Source: an uncultured Candidatus Saccharibacteria bacterium (GTDB lineage: Bacteria; Patescibacteriota; Saccharimonadia; Saccharimonadales; UBA10212). Taken from it: a DNA stretch of 64,000 bases. Location: assembly GCA_964460855.1 (NCBI GenBank), contig CAYWQH010000002.1:71506-135505 (forward strand). Direction: 5' to 3'. The position numbers and the translations under genes were made by a program. The notes under the pieces are model-generated. The model was given only the letters and a program-made list of their open reading frames with translations. It was not told where the DNA came from and did no database searches. Shown piece by piece: positions 45,518 to 53,581 of the stretch. How positions within the stretch are numbered: the stretch's first letter is position 1; every line of letters begins with the position of its first letter.

Positions 45518-47554
45518 ATGGATTTGAATGCGCCGGTTTCCGGTTTGCAGGGAGTGGGCAAAGCCCAGGCTGCCAAACTGGCGGGCCTGGGTATTATGTC
45601 CATTTATGATTTAATAACCAACTTTCCGCGGCGCTACGAAGATTATTCGGCCGTTACGCCGGTGGCCAAAATGCACCCCGGGTTGGTAACGATTGAAGCC
45701 GAAATTAACCACATTACTGGCCGTTATGTACGGCGGGGTATGCATATCACCGAAGCAATTGCTCAGGATAAAAGCGGCAGTGTGCGCTTGGTTTGGTTTA
45801 ACCAGCCTTACCGCGCCACTCAAATCAAGCCGAATGAAAAGTACTTTATTGCCGGTGAGTACGCCCTGCGCCGTGGCCGGTTCAATATAACCAGCCCGTC
45901 GGTAGAAATGGTCAGTGATTTTCCGGTTAATTCGGCCCGGATAATACCCGTATACCGTGAAACTAGCGGCTTAAAGTCCAATGCCATCCGTCGCATGATC
46001 CGCAGCGCTTTGCTAGCTACTGGTGATTTGCCTGAGGAGCTGCCAAGCTGGTTAACCAAAAACTATAAACTGGCGGATTTTAGCTGGGCTGTCGGCCAAA
46101 TGCATTTTCCGGACTCTATTAAAGAACTAGAAACCGCTAAACGCCGCCTGGGTTTTGACGAAGTTTTTAACTTGTCCCTGGCCGCCTTATTAAACAAGCA
46201 GGAAATTCTCGGCGAAACAGCCATTGCTATCCCATTTAACGAAAAGCTAGCAAAGCAATTCGTAGAAGGTTTGGGTTTTAAACTAACCGATGCCCAGCGC
46301 AAAGTCATCTGGCGGATATACCAGGACCTGGCTAAAACGCAGCCGATGAACCGGCTGGTAGAAGGCGATGTCGGCGCTGGTAAAACAGTCGTAGCTGTGA
46401 TGGCTGCGCTAATGGCGATGGAGCAGGGTTTTCAAGTCGCCTTAATGGCGCCTACCGAAATTCTAGCGCGACAACACGCGGAAACTGTTTATAACCTATT
46501 AGTAGGCGTCGGCTTTGCCGAACAGGTCGGCTTGCTCATCGGCAGCCTTACTTCCAAGCAAAAAGAAATGGTCCAAGCTAAAATCGCCGCCGGGGAAGTA
46601 AGGTTAATGGTAGGGACCCATGCCCTTATCCAGCAAAAAGTTGATATGCAAAAGCTCGGTCTGATTATCATTGACGAGCAGCACCGCTTCGGGGTTGAGC
46701 AGCGCAAAAAGCTGCAAGCCAAAGCCGGCCACATGCCGCATGTTTTAAATATGACGGCCACGCCAATTCCCCGCAGCCTGGCTTTAACTTTATACGGCGA
46801 AATGGATATATCGGTACTGGATGAAATGCCGGCCAGCCGGGCGCCAATTATAACTAAAATATGCAGCCCCAATTCGCGGCCGGCTTTATATAAAGAGATC
46901 GAGGCCGAGCTGCAAAAAGGCCACCAGATGTTCGTAGTATGCCCTCTAATCAGCGAGTCGGATAATTTACCGGCGTTATCGGCCGAGCAAGTATACGAGC
47001 AGCTAAGCAAGGGCGCTTTTAAACACCGGAAAATTGGCTTACTGCATGGCAAGATGAAAGCCGAAGAAAAAGATAAAGTTATGCAGGCTTTTGCAAATGG
47101 AGAACTAGATATTCTGGTCAGTACTACCGTAATAGAGGTAGGGGTGCATGTACCAAATGCCACTATCATGCTCATAGAAGGCGCTGAGCGGTTCGGCCTG
47201 GCCCAGATCCACCAGTTGCGGGGCCGGGTGGGGCGCGGCGGCCAAACCGGCTATTGCTACCTAATGCCTAGCAACAGCCAGGCGCCGGGACCACGTCTGC
47301 GGGCGCTCGAAAACATGAACGACGGCTTTAAGCTAGCCGAGCTGGACCTTGAGATCCGCGGGCCGGGGGCAATTTACGGTACTATGCAGCACGGAGCGCT
47401 GGACCTACGGGTGGCTAAATTAAGTGACATTAAACTAATCGCTGCAGCCAGAAACGCCGCCCAGCAATTTATTGACCGCGGCGAAAAATTAAGCAAATAT
47501 CCTATATTAAACCAGCGCGTAAAAGAACTTAGAGCCATAACTAATTTAAACTAG
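45518..47554 (+). CDS. recG: ATP-dependent DNA helicase RecG
   Basis: 678 aa with a wedge/OB N-terminus, Walker A GDVGAGKT, DEQHRFG and helicase C motifs (QLRGRVGRG). Confidence 0.92.
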   Translation: MDLNAPVSGLQGVGKAQAAKLAGLGIMSIYDLITNFPRRYEDYSAVTPVAKMHPGLVTIEAEINHITGRYVRRGMHITEAIAQDKSGSVRLVWFNQPYRATQIKPNEKYFIAGEYALRRGRFNITSPSVEMVSDFPVNSARIIPVYRETSGLKSNAIRRMIRSALLATGDLPEELPSWLTKNYKLADFSWAVGQMHFPDSIKELETAKRRLGFDEVFNLSLAALLNKQEILGETAIAIPFNEKLAKQFVEGLGFKLTDAQRKVIWRIYQDLAKTQPMNRLVEGDVGAGKTVVAVMAALMAMEQGFQVALMAPTEILARQHAETVYNLLVGVGFAEQVGLLIGSLTSKQKEMVQAKIAAGEVRLMVGTHALIQQKVDMQKLGLIIIDEQHRFGVEQRKKLQAKAGHMPHVLNMTATPIPRSLALTLYGEMDISVLDEMPASRAPIITKICSPNSRPALYKEIEAELQKGHQMFVVCPLISESDNLPALSAEQVYEQLSKGAFKHRKIGLLHGKMKAEEKDKVMQAFANGELDILVSTTVIEVGVHVPNATIMLIEGAERFGLAQIHQLRGRVGRGGQTGYCYLMPSNSQAPGPRLRALENMNDGFKLAELDLEIRGPGAIYGTMQHGALDLRVAKLSDIKLIAAARNAAQQFIDRGEKLSKYPILNQRVKELRAITNLN

Positions 47555-47561
47555 GTATATT

Positions 47562-48095
47562 ATGAGAATTATTTCAGGTGTATTAGGACATAGGGTGTTT
47601 GAATCTCCTAAAGGTCGCCGCACGCATCCGATGAGCGAAAAAATCAGGGGCGCGCTGTTTAATATGCTCGGCGATATTAACGGCTTAACAGTTTTAGATG
47701 CTTTCGGAGGCAGCGGCGCGCTGTCGTTCGAAGCGGTTAGCCGCGGCGCTAAATCTGTTGTTGTTTTGGAACCGGACAAATCAGCTTTTAAAATAATCGT
47801 CGCCAATATCAATACGCTGGAGCTGAAAGACCAAGTAACAGCCATTCGGAAATTCGGCGCAAGCTGGAGCGCCGGCAATAGGGATATGCTGTTTGACATA
47901 GTTTTATTGGACCCGCCCTACGACGATATTGACCGCACCCTGTTGCTCAAAATGGCCCGCCACGCTAAGCCGGGCGGAATTTTGGTAATGTCGCTGCCGC
48001 CCGGAGTTGGCTTTAAAGTCCCTACAGATTTATTCGAAGAACTCAGCGTCAAATCGTACGGCGACGCCGAACTTCATTTTTACCGTAAAAAGTAA
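47562..48095 (+). CDS. rsmD: 16S rRNA (guanine966-N2)-methyltransferase RsmD
   Basis: 177 aa with RPT-like PMSEKIRGALFNML, LDAFGGSGALSFEAVSRGA and DPPY. Confidence 0.85.
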   Translation: MRIISGVLGHRVFESPKGRRTHPMSEKIRGALFNMLGDINGLTVLDAFGGSGALSFEAVSRGAKSVVVLEPDKSAFKIIVANINTLELKDQVTAIRKFGASWSAGNRDMLFDIVLLDPPYDDIDRTLLLKMARHAKPGGILVMSLPPGVGFKVPTDLFEELSVKSYGDAELHFYRKK

Positions 48096-48124
48096 TACTA
48101 TTAGGTGGTTTAAAATTACTGCTC

Positions 48125-48209
48125 GGGCGAGTGGTGAAATTGGTAGACACGCTAGCCTTAGGAGCTAGTGTCGCAAGACGTGAAGGTTCAAGTCCTTTCT
48201 CGCCCACCA
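48125..48209 (+). tRNA. tRNA-Leu (anticodon UAG), class II long variable arm, CCA encoded
   Basis: Folded by hand. The acceptor is GGGCGAG/CTCGCCC and the D stem is GTG/CAC. The anticodon stem is CTAGC/GCTAG with loop CT-TAG-GA. The variable arm is GTC-GCAA-GAC and the T arm is GAAGG-TTCAAGT-CCTTT. Discriminator A is followed by CCA. Confidence 0.88.
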
Positions 48210-48315
48210 TTCGACTCGGCTCGATAAATCGAGCCTCGCTCATGGTAAACCAAGCCGAGTCGAATAGTCCTGAGTATGTAGGCGGTAGGCTACGCATCGA
48301 AGGGTCCGAACCGCC
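48210..48315. other. nested inverted repeats between tRNA-Leu and the convergent membrane-protein gene
   Basis: A 12-bp perfect inverted repeat is present (TTCGACTCGGCT 48210-48221 / AGCCGAGTCGAA 48253-64). A competing hairpin GGCTCGA-taaa-TCGAGCC lies at 48218-35. A GGCGGT..ACCGCC stem (48281-86 / 48310-15) is followed by T-rich sequence. Confidence 0.45.
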
Positions 48316-48329
48316 GCGTTAGCGATTTA

Positions 48330-49022
48330 TTATTTCAGCTCGTAATAACGCAGCGCTGGCGCTACAGAATAAATTGCGGCCAATACTAGCTGTATGGCCG
48401 GACCAGCATAAGGGATAAATCCGGAGAATCCAAGAACTATCCCCACAAGAATAATTCCATAAACCGCGCCCCAATTGCCTTCAGTTAGTTTCCGGCTCCG
48501 GCGCATTGCCTCGGCAACTCCAACGTTTTGGTCCAGCATTATATATGGAGCGTAAAACAGCATTCTAAGCGCGATTAATCCCGGAACAATAAAAGCTATA
48601 AAACCAATTATCACTAACACTGAAATTACAACTAGCAGAACAAGCAGTTTGAGCCCTTTGGCGGTAAATTCTTTCCAGATATCACTAAATCCTGGATTTT
48701 TGCCATGCGCTAAGCGCAGCGCTAATATGAACTGCCACAAGGTGGCGATCAGGTTCGCGATTACTAATACGGCAACGACTGCAACGGCCGCGCCTACGGC
48801 CGTATCTGATTTTAAGCCGACCACTGCGCCGGCATCGGCAATAGCCTGGCTGGCGCCATTTGCGGTATGCCCATGATGCTGGGCGTAAATCTGCCACAAA
48901 GTTGTGGCCGCCGATATCAGGTATACAATGCTGAATACATTCAGATTTTCACGGACCCGCTCCAGGCTTTTGCCGAAAAGGTCAAATGCCGGGGTCAATT
49001 GTTTACTATTTGCATGAGACAT
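48330..49022 (-). CDS. hypothetical polytopic membrane protein
   Basis: About 6 TM helices. The start is taken at ATG 49022 (MSHANSK...) rather than 49109, because the longer form would abut the hisS start codon and consume the hisS promoter. Confidence 0.6.
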   Translation of the reverse strand: MSHANSKQLTPAFDLFGKSLERVRENLNVFSIVYLISAATTLWQIYAQHHGHTANGASQAIADAGAVVGLKSDTAVGAAVAVVAVLVIANLIATLWQFILALRLAHGKNPGFSDIWKEFTAKGLKLLVLLVVISVLVIIGFIAFIVPGLIALRMLFYAPYIMLDQNVGVAEAMRRSRKLTEGNWGAVYGIILVGIVLGFSGFIPYAGPAIQLVLAAIYSVAPALRYYELK

Positions 49023-49108
49023 GAATTTATCCGATATTACTGCCCTTAAAATAGCATAAATTGGCCTCGAGGAGCATAGAGCGGCAAAAAGCGTTATAAT
49101 CTCAAGCA

Positions 49109-50431
49109 ATGAGCTTAAGCACCCAGCCCTATAAAGGCGCCCGAGATTTTTACCCTATCGACAAGCGTATCCAAAAATACATGTTTTCGACTATCCGCAA
49201 AGTGGTGGAAAGTTACGGATACGAAGAATACGATTCGCCGGCGTTGGAGCCAACGGATTTATATTTGGTAAAAGGCAACGAAGAGATTATTACCGAACAA
49301 ACTTATACTTTTACAGACCGCGGCGACCGCAGCGTAACGCTGCGAACCGAAATGACTCCCAGTGTCAGCCGCATGGTAGCCGCTAAAAGGCAAGAACTAT
49401 CTTATCCTCTGAGATGGTATTCGATACCATTATTATGGCGCTACGAACGGCCGCAAAAAGGCCGGCTCCGCGAATTCTGGCAATTAAATATAGATATATT
49501 CGGCGTAGATAACCTAAATGCCGACCACGAAGTTATACAGGTAGCCGATAGCATTTTGCAGGCTTTTAAAGCCAAGCGCGATATGTACGAAATCCGTGTA
49601 AATAGCCGCAAGCTGGTTAACTACATGATGCACGAATATTTCGGGCTGGAAGATACCCAGGTTACGACTCTGATGCGTTTAGCCGATAGGTTGGACAAAA
49701 TCCCCCACGACGAATTCGTAGCCCTGGTGGACGCCTTGCTCAGCCCAGGCCAGCGCGATGCCGGACTGTTGGAAAAAATAATGGATTCGCTAAACGCCAG
49801 GCATATAAGTGACTTGCCTTCAGACATCCAAAGCCATGATTCAGTCCAAAACCTTAAAAAGCTTATCGAAATGCTAAAAGCCGGCGGCAGCACTAACGTT
49901 GCATTTAACATGGGCCTGATGCGGGGATTTGATTACTATACCGATATCGTTTTTGAAGTCTTCGACAAGCATCCCGACAACAACCGCTCGATGTTCGGCG
50001 GCGGCCGCTACGACGGCCTGGTGGGCCAGTTTGGCGTAGAAACGGTGCCTACAGTTGGCTTTGGCATGGGAGATGTAACCCTGCAGAACTTTTTAATGGC
50101 CCATAACTTATTGCCAAAACTGCGCCCCGAAACCGATGTGGCCATTCTTTTGGCAGGCGATATTTATAACGCGGTCCAACCAATTGCCGAACAAATGCGA
50201 GCCGAAGGCATCCGCGTTGCCATTAATTCCGATGGCGGAAAATTGGACAAACAAATCCGCTGGGCCGACAAACAAGGAATAAAGTACATTATGGTTATAG
50301 GCGAGCAGGAGTTGCAGAACCAGCGCTTTAAACTTCGCGAGCTCCAGACCGGCCACGAAGAAGAACACGGGCTGGAACGGTTAATCTCAATTATTGCCGC
50401 CCAGCACCAAGATTCTGACATTGGTTTATAA
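49109..50431 (+). CDS. hisS: histidine--tRNA ligase
   Basis: 440 aa with class II motifs (RGARDF, LRTEMTP, FGGGRYDGL) and a C-terminal anticodon-binding domain. Confidence 0.92.
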   Translation: MSLSTQPYKGARDFYPIDKRIQKYMFSTIRKVVESYGYEEYDSPALEPTDLYLVKGNEEIITEQTYTFTDRGDRSVTLRTEMTPSVSRMVAAKRQELSYPLRWYSIPLLWRYERPQKGRLREFWQLNIDIFGVDNLNADHEVIQVADSILQAFKAKRDMYEIRVNSRKLVNYMMHEYFGLEDTQVTTLMRLADRLDKIPHDEFVALVDALLSPGQRDAGLLEKIMDSLNARHISDLPSDIQSHDSVQNLKKLIEMLKAGGSTNVAFNMGLMRGFDYYTDIVFEVFDKHPDNNRSMFGGGRYDGLVGQFGVETVPTVGFGMGDVTLQNFLMAHNLLPKLRPETDVAILLAGDIYNAVQPIAEQMRAEGIRVAINSDGGKLDKQIRWADKQGIKYIMVIGEQELQNQRFKLRELQTGHEEEHGLERLISIIAAQHQDSDIGL

Positions 50432-50439
50432 TATAAATA

Positions 50440-51720
50440 ATGAAAGTGAGCCGAGAAGCTAAAAGCGATACTTTAGTATTGCTTAATATCCAAGCGGAGC
50501 AATCTGAACTGGACGAAATTAAACAGCATGTACTGCGCCGTTTGGCGCCCGGCATTAAAGCGCCGGGCTTCCGGCCGGGCAAAGCGCCGCTGAATATAGT
50601 CGAAAAACAAGTTGGCCCCCAGGTGATGCAGCAGGAATTCCTGGATGACGCGGCTAATGCGCTGTACAACCGGGCTATTAAAAACGAACGGCTTCGGCCG
50701 GTTGGCAACCCGACAGTCAATTTAAAAAAATTCGTACCGTTTACGGCTTTAGAAATGGAAGTCGAAGTTGAGGCTATCGGTAAAATCGACTTGCCGAATT
50801 ATAAAGACCTGAAAGTAGAAAAGCCGGTTGCTCAAGTTACTGCCGCCGATGTAAACGACGTAATCGAAAACCTGCGCGTCCGGATGGCCGAAAAACAAGA
50901 AGTGGAGCGGGCCGCAAAAAAGGGCGACGAAGTATGGATCGATTTTGAAGGTAAAGACAGCCAGGGCAAACCGGTAAGCGGCGCTTCCGGTAAAGACTAT
51001 CCGCTGCTGCTGGGCAGCAATACATTTATACCCGGGTTTGAAGACAATTTAATAGGCGTTAAAAAAGGCGACAAAAAAACATTTAAACTCAATTTCCCTA
51101 AAGACTATGGGTTGCAGGCATTGCAGGGCAAAGAAGTAACTTTTGAGGCCGAAGCCGTGAAAGTGCAAGAGCTTAATAAACCGGCCGCCGATGATGCCCT
51201 TGCCGCCAAAGCCGGACCTTTTAAAACACTGGCCGAGCTTAAAAAAGACGTCAAACAACAGCTTACGAGCGAGCGGCAGAACCAAGCCAAGCAGGCTTAC
51301 GATAACGCCCTGGTAAAAGCCCTGGCCGACAATACCGTAGTAACCATCCCGGACAGTTTGGTCGAAGACCAGGTTTTGCATATGGAAGAAGAAGAAAAGC
51401 GCAACCTGGTTTACCGCGGCCAGACCTGGCAGGAGCACCTGGATATGGAAGGCATCAACGAAGAGGAACACCGGGCCCGCCATAAACCGGACGCCGTATT
51501 GCGGGTCAAAGCCGGCCTGGCATTAAGCGAAATTGCCGAGCTTGAGAAAATATTCGTAACGCCCGAAGAACTGGAAATCCGCCTTGACGCGTTAAGGCAG
51601 CAATATAGCGACCCGCAAATGCAAGCCGAGCTTGCCAAGCCCGAAAACCAGCGGGAAATTACGAATCAGCTTATGACTGAGAAAACAATTAATCGGCTAG
51701 TCGAGCTCAACGCGCATTAA
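50440..51720 (+). CDS. tig: trigger factor
   Basis: 426 aa with a ribosome-binding N-domain (GFRPGKAP), an FKBP-type PPIase middle domain and a C-terminal helical arm domain. Confidence 0.9.
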   Translation: MKVSREAKSDTLVLLNIQAEQSELDEIKQHVLRRLAPGIKAPGFRPGKAPLNIVEKQVGPQVMQQEFLDDAANALYNRAIKNERLRPVGNPTVNLKKFVPFTALEMEVEVEAIGKIDLPNYKDLKVEKPVAQVTAADVNDVIENLRVRMAEKQEVERAAKKGDEVWIDFEGKDSQGKPVSGASGKDYPLLLGSNTFIPGFEDNLIGVKKGDKKTFKLNFPKDYGLQALQGKEVTFEAEAVKVQELNKPAADDALAAKAGPFKTLAELKKDVKQQLTSERQNQAKQAYDNALVKALADNTVVTIPDSLVEDQVLHMEEEEKRNLVYRGQTWQEHLDMEGINEEEHRARHKPDAVLRVKAGLALSEIAELEKIFVTPEELEIRLDALRQQYSDPQMQAELAKPENQREITNQLMTEKTINRLVELNAH

Positions 51721-52089
51721 TGGCTCCGCGTCAGGCTCAACAGTAGATTGGGGATTAGGTTCTGCTCCGGTCTCAGGCGACGACGGATAAGCAATCTCGT
51801 GAGTTCTCCAGACTGCGCCAAGCCCATGGCCTAAACCTTTTACTGCCAATCCGCCGCTAACCAGTGCTGTTCCGATATATATCCGTGGATCAGCGGGCAC
51901 AGTTTCAATCATCAAAGTAGTACTAGCAAATAAAGAACCAGCAGCTGCTAATGCGCGATAACTTTTGCGGAAAGAATTTAGCGCATTCTCGTTTAGTTCA
52001 ATATCAGGATAATGATTGCGGGCATGTCTAAAAGCTTCTCTTTCGGCAAACCTGTCGATCTTCCCGCTAATCCTGCCAATTGGTTGCAT
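51697..52089 (-). CDS. hypothetical small membrane protein
   Basis: The start is taken at ATG 52089, preceded on the minus strand by TTGATA-17-TATTTT. The GTG at 52143 would start inside the clpP operator. Two hydrophobic segments are present. Its 3' end overlaps tig convergently by 24 nt. Confidence 0.45.
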   Translation of the reverse strand: MQPIGRISGKIDRFAEREAFRHARNHYPDIELNENALNSFRKSYRALAAAGSLFASTTLMIETVPADPRIYIGTALVSGGLAVKGLGHGLGAVWRTHEIAYPSSPETGAEPNPQSTVEPDAEPLMRVELD

Positions 52090-52136
52090 AATTAGGCTAA
52101 AAATACCATAAAAGGTATATTTTATCAACCCCGTTG

Positions 52137-52163
52137 CTGGCACTCTTGACGTGCGAGTGCCAA
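52137..52163. promoter_or_regulatory. CIRCE-like inverted repeat upstream of clpP
   Basis: The sequence is CTGGCACTC-ttgacgtgc-GAGTGCCAA. It has the same 8-bp arms and the same 9-nt spacer length as the clpC site. Confidence 0.65.
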
Positions 52164-52175
52164 TTAAAGTAAACT
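52146..52175 (+). promoter_or_regulatory. putative clpP promoter (TTGACG-18-TAAACT), -10 ends 6 nt before ATG
   Basis: The -35 hexamer occupies the first six spacer positions of the inverted repeat. The geometry matches the clpC promoter. Confidence 0.55.
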
Positions 52176-52181
52176 AGATGT

Positions 52182-52760
52182 ATGGTTATACCAACGGTTA
52201 TAGAACAAGAAGGCCGCTTCGAAAGGGTGTATGACATATACAGCCGTTTGCTGCGCGACCGCATCATCTTTTTAGGCACGGACGTAAACGAACAAACGGC
52301 TAATGCCATCGTTGCCCAGATGTTATTCCTCGAAAACCAGGACCCGGACAAAGATATAGTTTTTTACATTAACAGCCCTGGCGGCAGCGTATATGACGGC
52401 ATGGGCATTTACGACACAATGCAATTTATTAAATGCGATATCCAAACGGTTGGCATTGGCTTACAGGCTAGCATGGGAGCCGTGCTTTTGAGCTCCGGCA
52501 CCAAGGGCAAACGGTTGCTGCTGCCTAACAGCAAAGTTATGATTCACCAGCCTAGCGGCGGCGCCCAAGGCAAAATCAGCGATTTAGAAATTACGCTTCG
52601 AGAATCACTGCGGGTAAAAGAAAAAATCAATCAAATCTTAGCCAAAAACACCGGCCAGACCATCAAGAAAATCGAAGTTGATGTCGACCGCGATTACTGG
52701 ATGGACGCCAAAGAAGCCAAAGCGTATGGTTTGATCGATAAAATCCTGGACAAACGCTAA
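52182..52760 (+). CDS. clpP: ATP-dependent Clp protease proteolytic subunit
   Basis: 192 aa with RIIFLG, the catalytic Ser in QASMGA, His in MIHQP and Asp in RD(Y)WM. Confidence 0.93.
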   Translation: MVIPTVIEQEGRFERVYDIYSRLLRDRIIFLGTDVNEQTANAIVAQMLFLENQDPDKDIVFYINSPGGSVYDGMGIYDTMQFIKCDIQTVGIGLQASMGAVLLSSGTKGKRLLLPNSKVMIHQPSGGAQGKISDLEITLRESLRVKEKINQILAKNTGQTIKKIEVDVDRDYWMDAKEAKAYGLIDKILDKR

Positions 52761-52779
52761 CATTTGATAATATTGGCCT

Positions 52780-53409
52780 ATGAGTGAGAAACGTACGCGT
52801 CTACCGCTACACATCGAACGATTCGAAGGGCCCCAGCCAGAAAAAAAGACCTTGGAAATTGCCCGTCGGCTTAGCCACGTATTGGGCGTGAGTTGGAGCA
52901 ATTTATTGGAACGTGAGCTCAAGGCGCTAGAAAATGGAACGGTTCGCCGTGAGCTGTTTGATGAAACCAACGAAGAACTTGTCAGGGCCAGACAAATAAA
53001 TGTTATTGAATCGCTGGGCCATCGGGCCGTTTATTATTTTGCCTGGTTCAATCAACAGGATTGGGGAATGGCCAAAACCACACCGTCTTACCCAAATAAA
53101 GTGCTTAAGGTAGTTGGCGCGCCGGCTAATTGCTACTTTGGATCTCTTGATTCAATTATCGCCAATATGCAAGTTGGCAGCCAGCTGTTCCAGGCCGCTT
53201 CGGCACCTTTTAAAGACGGCAAGCTAGCGGTAACCGATGTATTTAATTATCCGGAAAGCAGCACTTACCAGGCAGCATTGCACGCCGGCTTCGAACCGGT
53301 ATTACCGCAACCCGCCGATCTTGTTTTTCGCATAGGTGAATACAAATTACCGCAAATCAGGATGTCCGCCGAAATCGGCCAAATACGCGCCAGTATTAAA
53401 AGATCGTAA
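52780..53409 (+). CDS. hypothetical protein
   Basis: 209 aa with ordinary composition and no motif I recognise. TGaTAATAT ends 6 nt before the ATG. Confidence 0.55.
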   Translation: MSEKRTRLPLHIERFEGPQPEKKTLEIARRLSHVLGVSWSNLLERELKALENGTVRRELFDETNEELVRARQINVIESLGHRAVYYFAWFNQQDWGMAKTTPSYPNKVLKVVGAPANCYFGSLDSIIANMQVGSQLFQAASAPFKDGKLAVTDVFNYPESSTYQAALHAGFEPVLPQPADLVFRIGEYKLPQIRMSAEIGQIRASIKRS

Positions 53410-53426
53410 TTTATCCGTCAAATTGC

Positions 53427-53455
53427 TTGACCTGAACTGGTCCAGCCTGTAAACT
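53427..53455 (+). promoter_or_regulatory. putative rpoBC promoter TTGACC-17-TAAACT
   Basis: The hexamers are at 53427-53432 and 53450-53455. A ~126-nt leader follows, containing inverted repeats (AAGTACA..TGTACTT, TGTCGT..ACGACA). Confidence 0.5.
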
Positions 53456-53581
53456 AAGTACAAGAAGTAGTGTACTTTGTCGTGTATTTGTGGCTAAGTT
53501 TTTTGAATTGACGACAGATGTAGTGGGCTTCGCGTAAGCAAGCGATAGCAATTAATAATATGTAGGGAGTGTTGCTGTTTT

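Noticed and set aside
48049-48322. Two ORFs (48049-48297 minus, 48131-48322 plus) across the rsmD-tRNA region.
   Set aside because: They overlap the hand-folded tRNA-Leu and its structured 3' flank, so they are read-through artefacts of an RNA locus.
48265-48329. A possible second tRNA or pseudo-tRNA (GGGTCCGAACC resembles a T-arm).
   Set aside because: I could not build an acceptor stem, anticodon arm or canonical TTCRA loop. A simple terminator stem fits better.
49023-49109. The longer version of the membrane-protein ORF, starting at 49109.
   Set aside because: It would start back-to-back with the hisS ATG and cover the hisS -10 box. The extra residues are not membrane-protein-like, so the internal ATG at 49022 is preferred.
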